Below are positions 1 through 8,929 of a stretch of DNA of 64,000 nt, piece by piece. Below the pieces are notes generated by a model. It saw only the letters and a list, made by a program, of their open reading frames with translations. It was not told the DNA's origin and did no database searches. The DNA is from Planctomycetota bacterium. Lineage in GTDB: Bacteria > Planctomycetota > SZUA-567 > H5-PLA8. Both the position numbers and the translations under genes were made by a program. Location of the stretch: the NCBI GenBank assembly GCA_045863855.1, contig BTVV01000005.1, forward strand, positions 1-64,000, in the 5' to 3' direction. The stretch's first letter is position 1. Every line of letters begins with the position of its first letter.

Positions 1-265
1 CGCAGGCTTGTGTGGGTGCCTCTGGCACAGGAGGCTGGATGTAGGCGCGATGGGGGAGTACGCTTTCGGCCTGGTTCGGGTGCGCACACTGGACGCCTTC
101 GAGGGCGCCTCGTTTGCTTCCTTCGAGGTTGTGTGCGAGCGTGGCGTTCGGCGCGCTTCTGGCGGCTGAGAAGATCGGCGGGCGTGCCGGTGAGGGTGCC
201 CTGTATGAGCGCCTCTTGTTCGCAAGCTCACACACACAAATCTACGATTTGTGTGGGCCACCCGC
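1..265. repeat. REP/REPIN-like element copy 1 (truncated by window start)
   Basis: 1-45 matches 674-718 at 44/45 nt. Right end has a perfect 10-bp hairpin CACACAAATC-TAC-GATTTGTGTG (233-255) running into GGGCCACCCGC (255-265). Confidence 0.75.
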
Positions 266-349
266 GGTACTCAATTTCTGTTTGGCATAGATGGGTGCGA
301 TAAGCCCTCTGAGTGATTGAGCTTAGGCGAAGGGCTCGGGTAGAATTAC

Positions 350-598
350 ATGAGATACCTTAAGATGAAAGAGGAAGAGAATTCCTCTGACTGCGTTTAT
401 TTCGAAATCGATGGAGACTGGGCAAAGCGCCAGATATATTTCTATGATGGGAAGTACTACAATTCATTATCGGCATATCATCCAGGAGTAGGTATGGGCC
501 TTACCGATCAGCCGTTCTCATCTGAAGATTTTGATAATGGTATTGAAATATCAGCGGAAGAGTTTGAGCTGCATTGGAGCCTGTCTTTGCGAAAATGA
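350..598 (+). CDS. small acidic lower-GC protein, putative immunity-like (DUF6881-like)
   Basis: 82 aa ATG ORF, clearly AT-richer than the rest of the window. The MRYLK...YFEID...KRQI...EISAEEFELHW pattern resembles small polymorphic-toxin immunity proteins. Confidence 0.6.
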   Translation: MRYLKMKEEENSSDCVYFEIDGDWAKRQIYFYDGKYYNSLSAYHPGVGMGLTDQPFSSEDFDNGIEISAEEFELHWSLSLRK

Positions 599-653
599 AC
601 GTCCCGTATGTGTCGAAAATGTTCGTGTGGCGTAAACAGTCGGTGTCGTAGGA

Positions 654-802
654 GGCGGGTGGCCCATACAAGCCGCAGGCTTGTGTGGGTGCCTCTGGCA
701 CAGGAGGCTGGAAGTAGGGCCGGGTGGCGAGCGATGAAGGCTTACTCTCGTTTATGCCACTAACGGTTTGCCCGCCCGTGACACACTTGGGGGCCACCCG
801 CC
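654..802. repeat. REP/REPIN-like element copy 2
   Basis: Terminal inverted repeats GGCGGGTGGCCC (654-665) and GGGCCACCCGCC (791-802). Internal hairpin CCCATACAAGCC-GCA-GGCTTGTGTGGG (663-689). Confidence 0.8.
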
Positions 803-882
803 TGCCTGCCGTATTGACACGATCCCAGACGACTCGTACCCTTCTTGCGGGTTTGACTGTTTAATTGGAACTCACGCTACCC

Positions 883-1341
883 ATGCGCCAATCGCAAAAA
901 CCTCAAAGGCTGATTTCCCCCGTAACCTGGATCCTACTCATCCTGATCTGCGTGGGAACCGCCGCTTTGTATCAATACAGTACCGAAATCAGTCGCGTGG
1001 TTGAAAGCGAGAAAATCGGAAGGAACCTGGAGTTGGAACGCTTCAGCCGCAAGCGGTATGAATTACAGTTGAGTGAAGTAGACGCCGCCTTGCATTCCAT
1101 CCGCACAAGAGCCCCCCTGCCCCGAAGCGACATCATGGGTGGGTTTCGCATGGAAGGCGGTAAAATGTTTTTAGCGGATAAGCCGGTGGACGAGCAGGAA
1201 CTCACCGAAGTACAGCGTGGATTTCACGCGATCCTTCAGTCGATAGATGACGAGATACTCAAGCTTGAGGCGCGCCTGCTGGAACTCCACGACGCAATCT
1301 ATATTTACTGCGACCGGCCGAAGCATCCCAGCAATTACTAA
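883..1341 (+). CDS. hypothetical membrane-anchored coiled-coil protein (lower GC)
   Basis: ATG at 883, in frame with the 865 ORF. One TM segment (WILLILICVGTAALY) followed by helical/coiled-coil sequence. Confidence 0.6.
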   Translation: MRQSQKPQRLISPVTWILLILICVGTAALYQYSTEISRVVESEKIGRNLELERFSRKRYELQLSEVDAALHSIRTRAPLPRSDIMGGFRMEGGKMFLADKPVDEQELTEVQRGFHAILQSIDDEILKLEARLLELHDAIYIYCDRPKHPSNY

Positions 1342-1370
1342 TCTGGTCATCGGGAACAGATACCCTTCAT

Positions 1371-1643
1371 GGCGGGTGGCCGGCAGCGGGCCTTGCCTCT
1401 GCGCGTAAGCGGCGGGTCAGGGCGCCAAGGCGCAAGCGGTGTGGGCTTGCTCCTTGCCGCGCTGACCGCTCGGACGAGGCTCCGTGGCATGTCCCTGCAC
1501 CGTGGCTGGGCTGGAGCAGGAGCGACGAGAGGGCGAACCCGTGGCGGCGGACGCTTGGGTAGCGATTCGAGCGCGTGCGGTCGGCAAGGCACGGAGCAGC
1601 GCCCACGGTGCTTGCTCCGTGGCGCCCGCTCCCTGCCACTCGC
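1371..1643. repeat. degenerate REP/REPIN-like element copy 3
   Basis: Starts with GGCGGGTGGCC (1371-1381) and ends with the near-inverted GCCACTCGC (1635-1643). Interior has no convincing ORF. Confidence 0.4.
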
Positions 1644-1810
1644 TACACCTGGAAATTCCCCCCTCATTTCCCTATCAACGATTTAAAATTTGGATTGGAC
1701 GATACGCACCTTGTGAATTATCTTCCTTACACCGCCTTGGGAAGCGGCAGATGTTCGGGTCGTTGTTTGGTTCGCACCGATTTCATTCCACAACAGAGTG
1801 AGGAGGGTTT

Positions 1811-3568
1811 GTGCCTATGGTTGGCGCTCAGTCCGTTCGTGGCGTTGCGGTGTGTATGCTTCTGGCGATGTTGCTAGGGTCGGGGCAGGCTCAGGCTCAG
1901 TTGGTCAACGGGAGCTTCGAGACCGGCAACTTCAAGGGGTGGATTCTTGAGGACCTGACGTCGCCGTATCGCGCGCATGAGGTGGCTCGATCGGGGGTTC
2001 AGGACGATGCGTTCAGTTCCTTCGTCTCCGCGCCCACGCACGGCAAGTTTGCGGCGCTGAACGGCTTCGACGGCAGCGGACCGGGGACGATCAGTTTGTC
2101 GCAGGATATCCGGGTGCCGAACCAGGCGTTGTTGACGTTCGATTACCGGGCCGGTTGGGATCTGGTGCCCTACGGCGCCACTCAGGACCGCACCTTCAGC
2201 CTCAACATCGAACCGTGGGGCGGCGGCGCGCCGCTGGCGACCTTTCCGCTGCTCACGGCCCAGGCCGGAACCAACGTCAACGACACCGGTCCGCAGCAGG
2301 CGAGCATCGATCTTTCGGGCTTCGCCAAGCAGCGCGTGCGGATCCGGTTCGTGGAGTTCGTCCCTGAATCATTTACGGGCCCCGGACTGCTGCAGTTGGA
2401 TAACGTGGTCCTGGAGGTGGTTCAAAACTCCTTCGTGGAAGCGGAGACCGGGGATGCTCTGGTCCTGACCTCGCTCGATTACACGCTGAACTGGCCGAAG
2501 GCGCCCGGTTCCGACAGCTTCATAGCCAAAGGGATCATCAACCTGTCCGCTCTGGTGGAAACGGGTGCGGCGGGGAACAACCAGCAGCTGCAGGGGGACG
2601 TGGGGTCCCGCGGCGTGCTGCCGGAGCATCCGGTGTTGCTGGATCTGTTCACGAAGTGTCCCGTTTCGGCGATTTGCGGTGGCGTATTCGTGGAGCCCGC
2701 GCCGACGCCGAAGTCGGTCTCGGTGGCGAAGGTGGTCTGGCGCTCGTTGCCGGGCGCGCAGCCCTTTGTCCAGATCGAGATCAATCCGTCGACGGGTGCG
2801 TTTACGGTTACGGTCAAGAACGCGGATCTCACGCTGAGCAGCAACTCGCTGCAGCGGTACGCCGGGAGCGTGTTCAGCGGGCTGAACGGCGCGTCCGCCG
2901 GCCAATCGGTCAGCGTGGATTTCGAGCTTTTCCTAGGCGGCTTCGACGGCTTCGTGAACGTCGAGACGATTTACCAACAAACTCAGCCAAACACGGTGGG
3001 CAAAGGCAGCTTCAGGCTCCCGCGCGACGAGATCGACTTCGGTAAAGACAGTACGCTGTTCTTCGTCGACCGTTTGACCGTCACCGAAAAGAACGTGGGC
3101 GGCCTGTTCGTGCAAAAGGCCGATGCCCATCTGCTGTTCAAGCGGCAAAATCTTGCCACGGCCTTGTCCCGCGATCTGGGCTTCGACCCGCTGACGAACG
3201 ACGTGGCATTCGCCGTCGGCGGCTATGTCGAGACGATCCCGGCGGGGGGATTCACGGCCAATGCCGCGGGTACGATCTTCACGTACGGCAAGCCCGCCGG
3301 AAATCCGCCGGGCATCGCTTCCGTTCAGATCAACTGCGTCACGGCGGAGATCAAGCTGACCACGGACTTCCTCGACGAAGGCCTCCTGGGCATTCCGCAT
3401 ACGTCGCCCACGCCGAACGACACGCGGACTTATCTGACGATTCCAGTCACGATGGAGTTTGTCGGCGACGAGGTGTTCGAGTTCCAGGCGCTTACGGGCC
3501 GTCAAGGCACCACCTTCAAAACCGGCGCTCCGGGCGTACTGCTCACGCCGTTGCTGGTGGAAGATTAG
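1811..3568 (+). CDS. secreted beta-rich surface protein: N-terminal carbohydrate-binding-like jelly-roll plus unnamed C-terminal domains
   Basis: AGGAGG RBS at 1801-1806 (start GTG 1811 or ATG 1817). Signal peptide ending AQA; LVNGSFETGNFKGW...LDNV jelly-roll signature; followed by a terminator. Confidence 0.75.
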   Translation: MPMVGAQSVRGVAVCMLLAMLLGSGQAQAQLVNGSFETGNFKGWILEDLTSPYRAHEVARSGVQDDAFSSFVSAPTHGKFAALNGFDGSGPGTISLSQDIRVPNQALLTFDYRAGWDLVPYGATQDRTFSLNIEPWGGGAPLATFPLLTAQAGTNVNDTGPQQASIDLSGFAKQRVRIRFVEFVPESFTGPGLLQLDNVVLEVVQNSFVEAETGDALVLTSLDYTLNWPKAPGSDSFIAKGIINLSALVETGAAGNNQQLQGDVGSRGVLPEHPVLLDLFTKCPVSAICGGVFVEPAPTPKSVSVAKVVWRSLPGAQPFVQIEINPSTGAFTVTVKNADLTLSSNSLQRYAGSVFSGLNGASAGQSVSVDFELFLGGFDGFVNVETIYQQTQPNTVGKGSFRLPRDEIDFGKDSTLFFVDRLTVTEKNVGGLFVQKADAHLLFKRQNLATALSRDLGFDPLTNDVAFAVGGYVETIPAGGFTANAAGTIFTYGKPAGNPPGIASVQINCVTAEIKLTTDFLDEGLLGIPHTSPTPNDTRTYLTIPVTMEFVGDEVFEFQALTGRQGTTFKTGAPGVLLTPLLVED

Positions 3569-3606
3569 CAGGAACCGCCGCGGCGGAAGCAACGGTTGGT
3601 GAATCG

Positions 3607-3644
3607 AAACCGGGAGATGCCCAGCGCATCTCCCGGTTTTTTTT
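3607..3644 (+). terminator. intrinsic terminator
   Basis: AAACCGGGAGATGC-CCAGC-GCATCTCCCGGTTTTTTTT. Confidence 0.9.
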
Positions 3645-3827
3645 AGCGCCCGCCCATCCGCGAGCAGCCCAGACCAGCGGCTCGTCCGTCTGGGCGCCGA
3701 AGGCACCACCGGCGTGCGCGCCCATCGCGTTCGATAAGGGCATCCGCGGTAGCGGTGAACAGATCGCAACGCTTTCAGGGCTGCGGCGAAGGCGCCCCCT
3801 TGCTAAGGGTGGAGCAACTGCGGCGGG

Positions 3828-5072
3828 TCAGGGCGCGGGCTTCTTGCAGCGGTAGACCCAGGTTTCCTTGTTGCTGTAGATCACGGTCACGTTGCGAGCG
3901 GGATCGTAGTATCCGGCGACGTTTCCGATCTCGGGCACGGGGCCTTGGGGCGCGGGGTCGGTCCACTGGTTGGTTCGCGCGTCGTACAGGCGCAGGCGCG
4001 GGGTGGCGGGCAGCTTGTCTTTCACGAGCAGATGCGTGTACAGCACAAACTTTTTCGCGGCCGAATCGAAGCAGAAAGCGCCGTGCGGGACGATGACGCC
4101 GTCGAGCGCTTCGGTTTGCGTCTTGGTCCAGACGCCGGACGCGCAGTCGAAGACCCAGGTTTCGAGCCCCACGCTGGCGACGACTTGCCTGGTTTCGGGA
4201 TCGTAGGCGGTGGCTCCGCCGCCGGTCGCGCCGTTCACGGGGACGGGCTTCCATTCGTTCTTGGGCGCGTCGTACAGGTAGGTCTTGCCGCTGGCCCACC
4301 AGACGGTTTTGCTGTCGGGAAGGTATTCGAGCAACGACGACTCGCGGGCTTTCGGCACGTTGACGATGACTTCCTTCCATTCGCGGGTTTCGGGATAGAA
4401 CGCGAAGAGCCAGGCTTCGCCGGCGCCGGAGCCGTAGGTGCGCAGGAGCGGATCCTTGGGATCGATCCCGAGCGCCTTGGCGAGCTGCGCTTTATCGACG
4501 CCGAAGAACCCTTTGTGGGATTCGAGAAAGAGCATGCGCTTAAGATCGGAATCGTAGCATAACGACCACCAGGTATGGCACGGCCGCAAGGGCGCTCCGC
4601 GCGGCGTGCGGACGACGCCGTCCTTGAGTACGGCGTTCGCTTTGTACCAGGCCTCGGCGGCGGCTTCTTCGCCGGCCTTGGTGCGCGGCGGCACGGGATC
4701 GGCTCCGTAGAGGCAGATCCAGGTGTTGGAGGCGAGGTCGAATTCCCAGACGTCGTTGTAGGGATGAATGTTGTGCCCGCCGCCGCAGTAGAGCGCGCGT
4801 TTGCGTTCGGGCGCCCAGACCATTTTGTTGCAGTAGTCGCGCACGCGCGGCCCGATGCGCTTGTAATCGGGGTCCTTGTTGAGCACCCCCATATCGCCGG
4901 CGGTTTTGCAGGGCGGAAGTTTGAGCCAGGCGTTCTCGGGGAGCGCTTCGATCTGGGCGAGGAGCGCGGCGTCGGGAGGCGGTTCGGGCGCGGCGGGAGC
5001 TGGCTCGGCGGCGTGCAGCGCGCAAGCCAGCAGCCCCAAGAGCAGTCCGGCGAATCCGAGCGTGCGCTTCAT
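3828..5072 (-). CDS. secreted Kelch/galactose-oxidase-like beta-propeller protein
   Basis: Signal peptide MKRTLG...ALHA. Repeated (F/Y)D-xxxx-W motifs (VWEFDLASNTW, YLYDAPKNEW, WVFDCASGVW, LYDARTNQW). Confidence 0.75.
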   Translation of the reverse strand: MKRTLGFAGLLLGLLACALHAAEPAPAAPEPPPDAALLAQIEALPENAWLKLPPCKTAGDMGVLNKDPDYKRIGPRVRDYCNKMVWAPERKRALYCGGGHNIHPYNDVWEFDLASNTWICLYGADPVPPRTKAGEEAAAEAWYKANAVLKDGVVRTPRGAPLRPCHTWWSLCYDSDLKRMLFLESHKGFFGVDKAQLAKALGIDPKDPLLRTYGSGAGEAWLFAFYPETREWKEVIVNVPKARESSLLEYLPDSKTVWWASGKTYLYDAPKNEWKPVPVNGATGGGATAYDPETRQVVASVGLETWVFDCASGVWTKTQTEALDGVIVPHGAFCFDSAAKKFVLYTHLLVKDKLPATPRLRLYDARTNQWTDPAPQGPVPEIGNVAGYYDPARNVTVIYSNKETWVYRCKKPAP

Positions 5073-5192
5073 ACGGAAACCTCCCAGGCGCCGCCTGGCG
5101 CCCCATGCTTTGTACTCCACGGCGGCCGCGGCGGGTGCGGGAAATTCAAGCGTGAACCGTTTTGCAACGCGAATCGCTCGATTGCCGACGGC

Positions 5193-6302
5193 TTACGGCG
5201 CGGGGGCGAGGGTGGGGCCATCGAGCCAGCGCCCGGGGGTCTGCAGGCGCAGGGGCGGGCGCTGGGGTTGCGCGGCGAGTCGCGCGGCGAGGCGGCCGAC
5301 TTCTCGGAAATCGAAGCCGACTCCGGCGACGGAGCCGGCATCGGCGAGCGTGGCGTAGGCGAGGACGCTGCAATCCTGGGGGACGCGGCGGCCGGCGGCT
5401 TGCGCGGCCTGGATGAAATGCCGCGCGGTGCCCGGATCGCCGGCGATAACGGCGCTGAAGCGTTTGCGCGCGTTCAGGATGGCTCGAAAGGCCGGCGCCT
5501 CGGGTCCGTCGTTGGGAAAGAACGAGAAGACTTCGCATGCTCGCGCGCCGCGGCCGGCAGCGTCGAGGTCCGCGATGGCGGCGAGGAGTTCGTGCTGGCG
5601 TTCGAGCGCGTCGGGGTCGACTTGATGGACGTGGTGAATGGAGAGGCGGCGCAGGAAGGCGATGCGGCGGTGGCCGAGGGCGTCAAGGCGTTCGACGAGC
5701 AGCCGCGTGGCCTGGCGGTTGTCTACGCCGGCGGTGTGCAGCGCCAGCGGCGTGACGGGATGATCGGCAAGGACGACGGGGACGTTGAGCTTGGCGTAGC
5801 GCTTGAGCGCCTGGACGGAGACTTTTCCGACGAGGACGATGCCGAGGCAGGGCCGTTCGAGGAGTTCGCGCGGGACGTGGTTGGAGAGTCGGTCGTCGTA
5901 GGCGATCTGGACGGGGCAGGCGCATTCGCCTGCGCCGCGGAGGATGCCTTCGAGGAGTTCGGCGTACATGCGCCCGTTGAGCATGAGCGCGGGGCTGCTG
6001 GTGAGGAGGACGAGAATGTTCTTGCGCAGGTCGAGGCCGGGACTGCGCGGATCGCAGGCGACGAGGCGGCGCTGGGGCGTGGCGGCGAGTAGGCCGTCCT
6101 GCTTGAGCGATTCGCAGGCAAGCTGAACGACGCGGGCGCTGACGCGGTGTTCGCGGGCGAGCGTGCGCCACGGCGGGATGACGGCGCCGGGCGGCCAGTC
6201 TCCGCCGCGGATGCGGCGGCGGAAGAGATCGGCGAGGAGTCGGTGCGCGGTGCTGGGCACGGGCGGCCGTCCGCGGGGGCGCTTGGGCTTGGGAGCGCTC
6301 AT
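5193..6302 (-). CDS. GntR-type wHTH fused to a LacI/periplasmic-binding-protein-like sensor domain (transcriptional regulator)
   Basis: RRRIRGGDWPPGAVIPPWRTLAREHRVSARVV (GntR HTH); DNRQAT...LGHRRIAFL...GRRVPQDCSV (LacI-type effector domain). Confidence 0.85.
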   Translation of the reverse strand: MSAPKPKRPRGRPPVPSTAHRLLADLFRRRIRGGDWPPGAVIPPWRTLAREHRVSARVVQLACESLKQDGLLAATPQRRLVACDPRSPGLDLRKNILVLLTSSPALMLNGRMYAELLEGILRGAGECACPVQIAYDDRLSNHVPRELLERPCLGIVLVGKVSVQALKRYAKLNVPVVLADHPVTPLALHTAGVDNRQATRLLVERLDALGHRRIAFLRRLSIHHVHQVDPDALERQHELLAAIADLDAAGRGARACEVFSFFPNDGPEAPAFRAILNARKRFSAVIAGDPGTARHFIQAAQAAGRRVPQDCSVLAYATLADAGSVAGVGFDFREVGRLAARLAAQPQRPPLRLQTPGRWLDGPTLAPAP

Positions 6303-6361
6303 CGCGACATTTTACGTTTCAAAAAACTTTATCAAACCCACAAACGGTCCGCGCGGAGGGA

Positions 6362-8080
6362 TCAGAACTTATCTTCCGGTGGCGGCGGCGTTGGCGGCGG
6401 CCGTTCGAACTTTGGCGCGGTTTCGGCCGGCGCTGTTCCGGCGGGCCCGACGCGGAGTTCTTCGCCGATCACGGACCAGGTCCAGCCGGCGGCTTTGCAG
6501 AGCGCGTCGAGGGCTTGGCGGTACGTGAGACCGCGGAGCTGGACGCTCGCGCTCCGTTCCGCAACCTCCGGCGCCCACTGCAGCTCGAATCCGGCATCCC
6601 AGACTAATTCGCCGATCTTTTCCCTGGCGGGCACCGCGGGCAGCGTGGCCTCCTCTTCTTCGACGACGGGCAGCTCAAGCAGGTGGGGGCGGTCGAGGCG
6701 CTCGTCGACGGTGAGCGGGCGGAGGTTCATGCCGCCGCCGGGAAGGCGCTCGAGCAGCAGCGGCGGGCGAGTGTCCTTGACGGCACGGTCGAGCATGTAT
6801 CCGATGCCGATGACGCCGACGGGCAGTTCCACGATTTCGAAGCCGCTGGGCGCGCTGAGCGTGTCGAAGACGAGCGGGAGGCCCGCGTCGCGGACGAGGA
6901 GTTCCAGGAGCGTGCGGCGCGGCACGGGTCCGGCGGTCCACTGGACGAGGGTGGCGAGGCGGTCGGCTTCGGTGGCCTGCGCGGGGAGCTTCAAGGGCCG
7001 CGGCGGGAACCGATCGGAAATGTAGATCGCACCGTCCTTGACCTGCCACGCGCAGCCGGAGAAGCGCGCGATCCAGTTGAGCGCGAAGTCGAGCCGCATG
7101 TCCTGGACGCGCAGCGTGATGGGCTTGCGCGCGGCCAGCGGGGCGATCCGGGGATCGACCGTAAGGTTCGTCTTCGCGAGGGTGCGCAGGAACGCGAGGG
7201 CATCGTCGAACGGGGTTTCGGCGAACTCGAAGGAGACCTTGCGATCGGCCAGACCGGCGAGGGTTTCGCGCGGGCTTTCGAGGACAAGTTGAGCGGGCTG
7301 CGGCGGACCTTGTCCGGCGGGCTTGGCGCGCATGTAAAAAGCGCCGTCGCGCAGTTCGATTTCGCAATCCGCCAGCTTCGCGATCCATTCCAAAGACAGG
7401 TCGAGCTGCATATCCGTGACCTTCAAGTTTATCGAAGGCGCATGTACAAGCGCGGGATCGAGGACGATCGAGGTTTTGGTCAACGCCTGGATGAAGGCAA
7501 CGGCTTCGGTAAGCGGCGTATCGACGAACTCGAAGTTGACTTTGCGCCTCATGTTTTTGTGAATCTCGCTGACCCATTCGGGCGGCTGGGCGTCGAGCTT
7601 CACCTCGACGGGCTGCGGCGGCGTGACGACTTGGCGGCCGTCGGGTGGCGTCTGGTCCGGCGGCGGGGTTTCGTGGGTCTGCTGTTCCTTCGGCGCGGGA
7701 ACGGGCGTGCGGGAGTAGATGACGGCGAGTCCGACGAGGACCATCGCGGCGGCGGCGAGGATCGGCAGCCAGCCGATCAGGCGCCCGGCGGGCGGGGCGG
7801 CTTCGCGGGCGGCGGGTGCGCCGAGTTCGTCGCGCACGGCCTGCATGACGCGGCGGTTGAGCCTGGATTCGGACGTGAGTTTGGGCATGGCATCCTCCGC
7901 GGCGTGCAAGCGCCGCCAGGTGTCGTTGAGGGCTTCGAAGCGCGCACGGGCTTGCGGATCGGCGGCGAGGAGCGCGTCGAGTTCGGCGCGGCGCGCGGGA
8001 TCGGCGGCTCCGGAGACGGCTTCGGCCATGCGGGCTTCGAGGTCTTCCCTCGGATCGAGTTCGGTTTCGCGTTCGTTCAT
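6362..8080 (-). CDS. membrane-anchored anti-sigma factor with tandem STN-like domains
   Basis: ATGA overlap with the upstream ECF. N-terminal anti-sigma-like helices (ELDALLAADPQARARFEAL), one TM helix, repeats of RKVxFEFxxTPxxxAxAF...IxLxVxDMxLDxxLxWIA. Confidence 0.7.
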   Translation of the reverse strand: MNERETELDPREDLEARMAEAVSGAADPARRAELDALLAADPQARARFEALNDTWRRLHAAEDAMPKLTSESRLNRRVMQAVRDELGAPAAREAAPPAGRLIGWLPILAAAAMVLVGLAVIYSRTPVPAPKEQQTHETPPPDQTPPDGRQVVTPPQPVEVKLDAQPPEWVSEIHKNMRRKVNFEFVDTPLTEAVAFIQALTKTSIVLDPALVHAPSINLKVTDMQLDLSLEWIAKLADCEIELRDGAFYMRAKPAGQGPPQPAQLVLESPRETLAGLADRKVSFEFAETPFDDALAFLRTLAKTNLTVDPRIAPLAARKPITLRVQDMRLDFALNWIARFSGCAWQVKDGAIYISDRFPPRPLKLPAQATEADRLATLVQWTAGPVPRRTLLELLVRDAGLPLVFDTLSAPSGFEIVELPVGVIGIGYMLDRAVKDTRPPLLLERLPGGGMNLRPLTVDERLDRPHLLELPVVEEEEATLPAVPAREKIGELVWDAGFELQWAPEVAERSASVQLRGLTYRQALDALCKAAGWTWSVIGEELRVGPAGTAPAETAPKFERPPPTPPPPEDKF

Positions 8081-8721
8081 GGGTTCGCCTCGCGGGCGCC
8101 GGGGGCGTGGACGCCGAGGATCGCGCGCAGTTTTTCGAGCGCGCGGAAGGCGCGCACTTTGGCCGCATTGGGCGTGATGCCGAAGATTTCGCCGAGCTGT
8201 ACGTAATTCAAGCCTTCGAAACGCGCGAGCCGGAGAAGTTCGCGGTCGTCTTCGCGCAGTTCGCCGAGGGCTTCGAGCATGCGTCGGCTCTCGTCGCGCT
8301 GGGCGGCGCGGGCTTCGGGGGCTTCCTGCACGGCGGCGGCGCGGGCCTGGACTTCGGCGTAGCCGTCGAGCGCGCGGCGTTCGGCCTGCTTGCTGCGTCC
8401 GCGGCTGACGAGCAGGTTCCGCGCGAGGGTGTAAAGCCACGGTTCGAACTTGAGGACCGGATCGAAGCGGCCGCGTTCGCGCACGACCCTGAGGAAGACT
8501 TCCTGCACGAGATCTTCGGCTTCTTCGGGCTTGGCGCGGCGGCGAACGAAGTATTTCCAGAGCGCGGCGGCGTGGCGCTGGACGAGCTGCTCGACGGCGG
8601 CCTCGATCTCCGCGGGGCTCGCGCCGGGCTCGGCGATGCGGGCCATCAGCGCCTCGTCGGAGGGCGGACGGGCCGCAGGCAGCGCTCGGGCCGGGGTATC
8701 GGGGTGCATGGTCGGTTGCAT
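8077..8721 (-). CDS. ECF RNA polymerase sigma factor
   Basis: Region 2 AEDLVQEVFLRV...FEPWLYTLARN; region 4 LREDDRELLRL..FEGLNYVQLGEIFGITPNAAKVRAFRA. Confidence 0.92.
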   Translation of the reverse strand: MQPTMHPDTPARALPAARPPSDEALMARIAEPGASPAEIEAAVEQLVQRHAAALWKYFVRRRAKPEEAEDLVQEVFLRVVRERGRFDPVLKFEPWLYTLARNLLVSRGRSKQAERRALDGYAEVQARAAAVQEAPEARAAQRDESRRMLEALGELREDDRELLRLARFEGLNYVQLGEIFGITPNAAKVRAFRALEKLRAILGVHAPGAREANP

Positions 8722-8732
8722 TCTAACGCGAT

Positions 8733-8759
8733 CTACGCGGGAGGCGGGGGGCGGTTACA
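8733..8759 (-). promoter_or_regulatory. putative ECF autoregulatory promoter TGTAAC-N16-CGTAG
   Basis: Matches the AAC/CGT ECF consensus and sits just upstream of the ECF start codon. Confidence 0.6.
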
Positions 8760-8769
8760 GGGTGCGGCG

Positions 8770-8883
8770 ATTTGGGATGGGGGATATTGGATTGAGGGCT
8801 AAGAGCTCAGGGCAAGAACCAAACAAACGGCAACCGACATACCAGAGGCAACGGCAAGGAATACCTGCGGGCGGGACGCCCGC
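8770..8883. repeat. intergenic repeat cluster: degenerate heptamers, 26-nt dispersed repeat, GCGGGCG-GGA-CGCCCGC palindrome
   Basis: 7-nt periodicity at 8770-8811. 8809-8834 matches 13259-13284 at 24/26. Palindrome at 8867-8883. Confidence 0.55.
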
Positions 8884-8929
8884 GATACCTGCTGCTACGG
8901 CGGTCGGCGGGGACGTCGGCCGAACGAGG

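Noticed and set aside
1..1643. CRISPR array or classical integron attC sites
   Set aside because: Repeats are not regularly spaced with 30-40 nt spacers, no paired RYYYAAC/GTTRRRY cores bound the elements, and no cas or intI gene is in the window.
6362..8440. 692-aa version of the anti-sigma ORF and 716-aa version at 48058-50208
   Set aside because: The N-terminal extensions overlap the ECF genes out of frame; the ATGA-coupled starts (8080, 49644) are more plausible.
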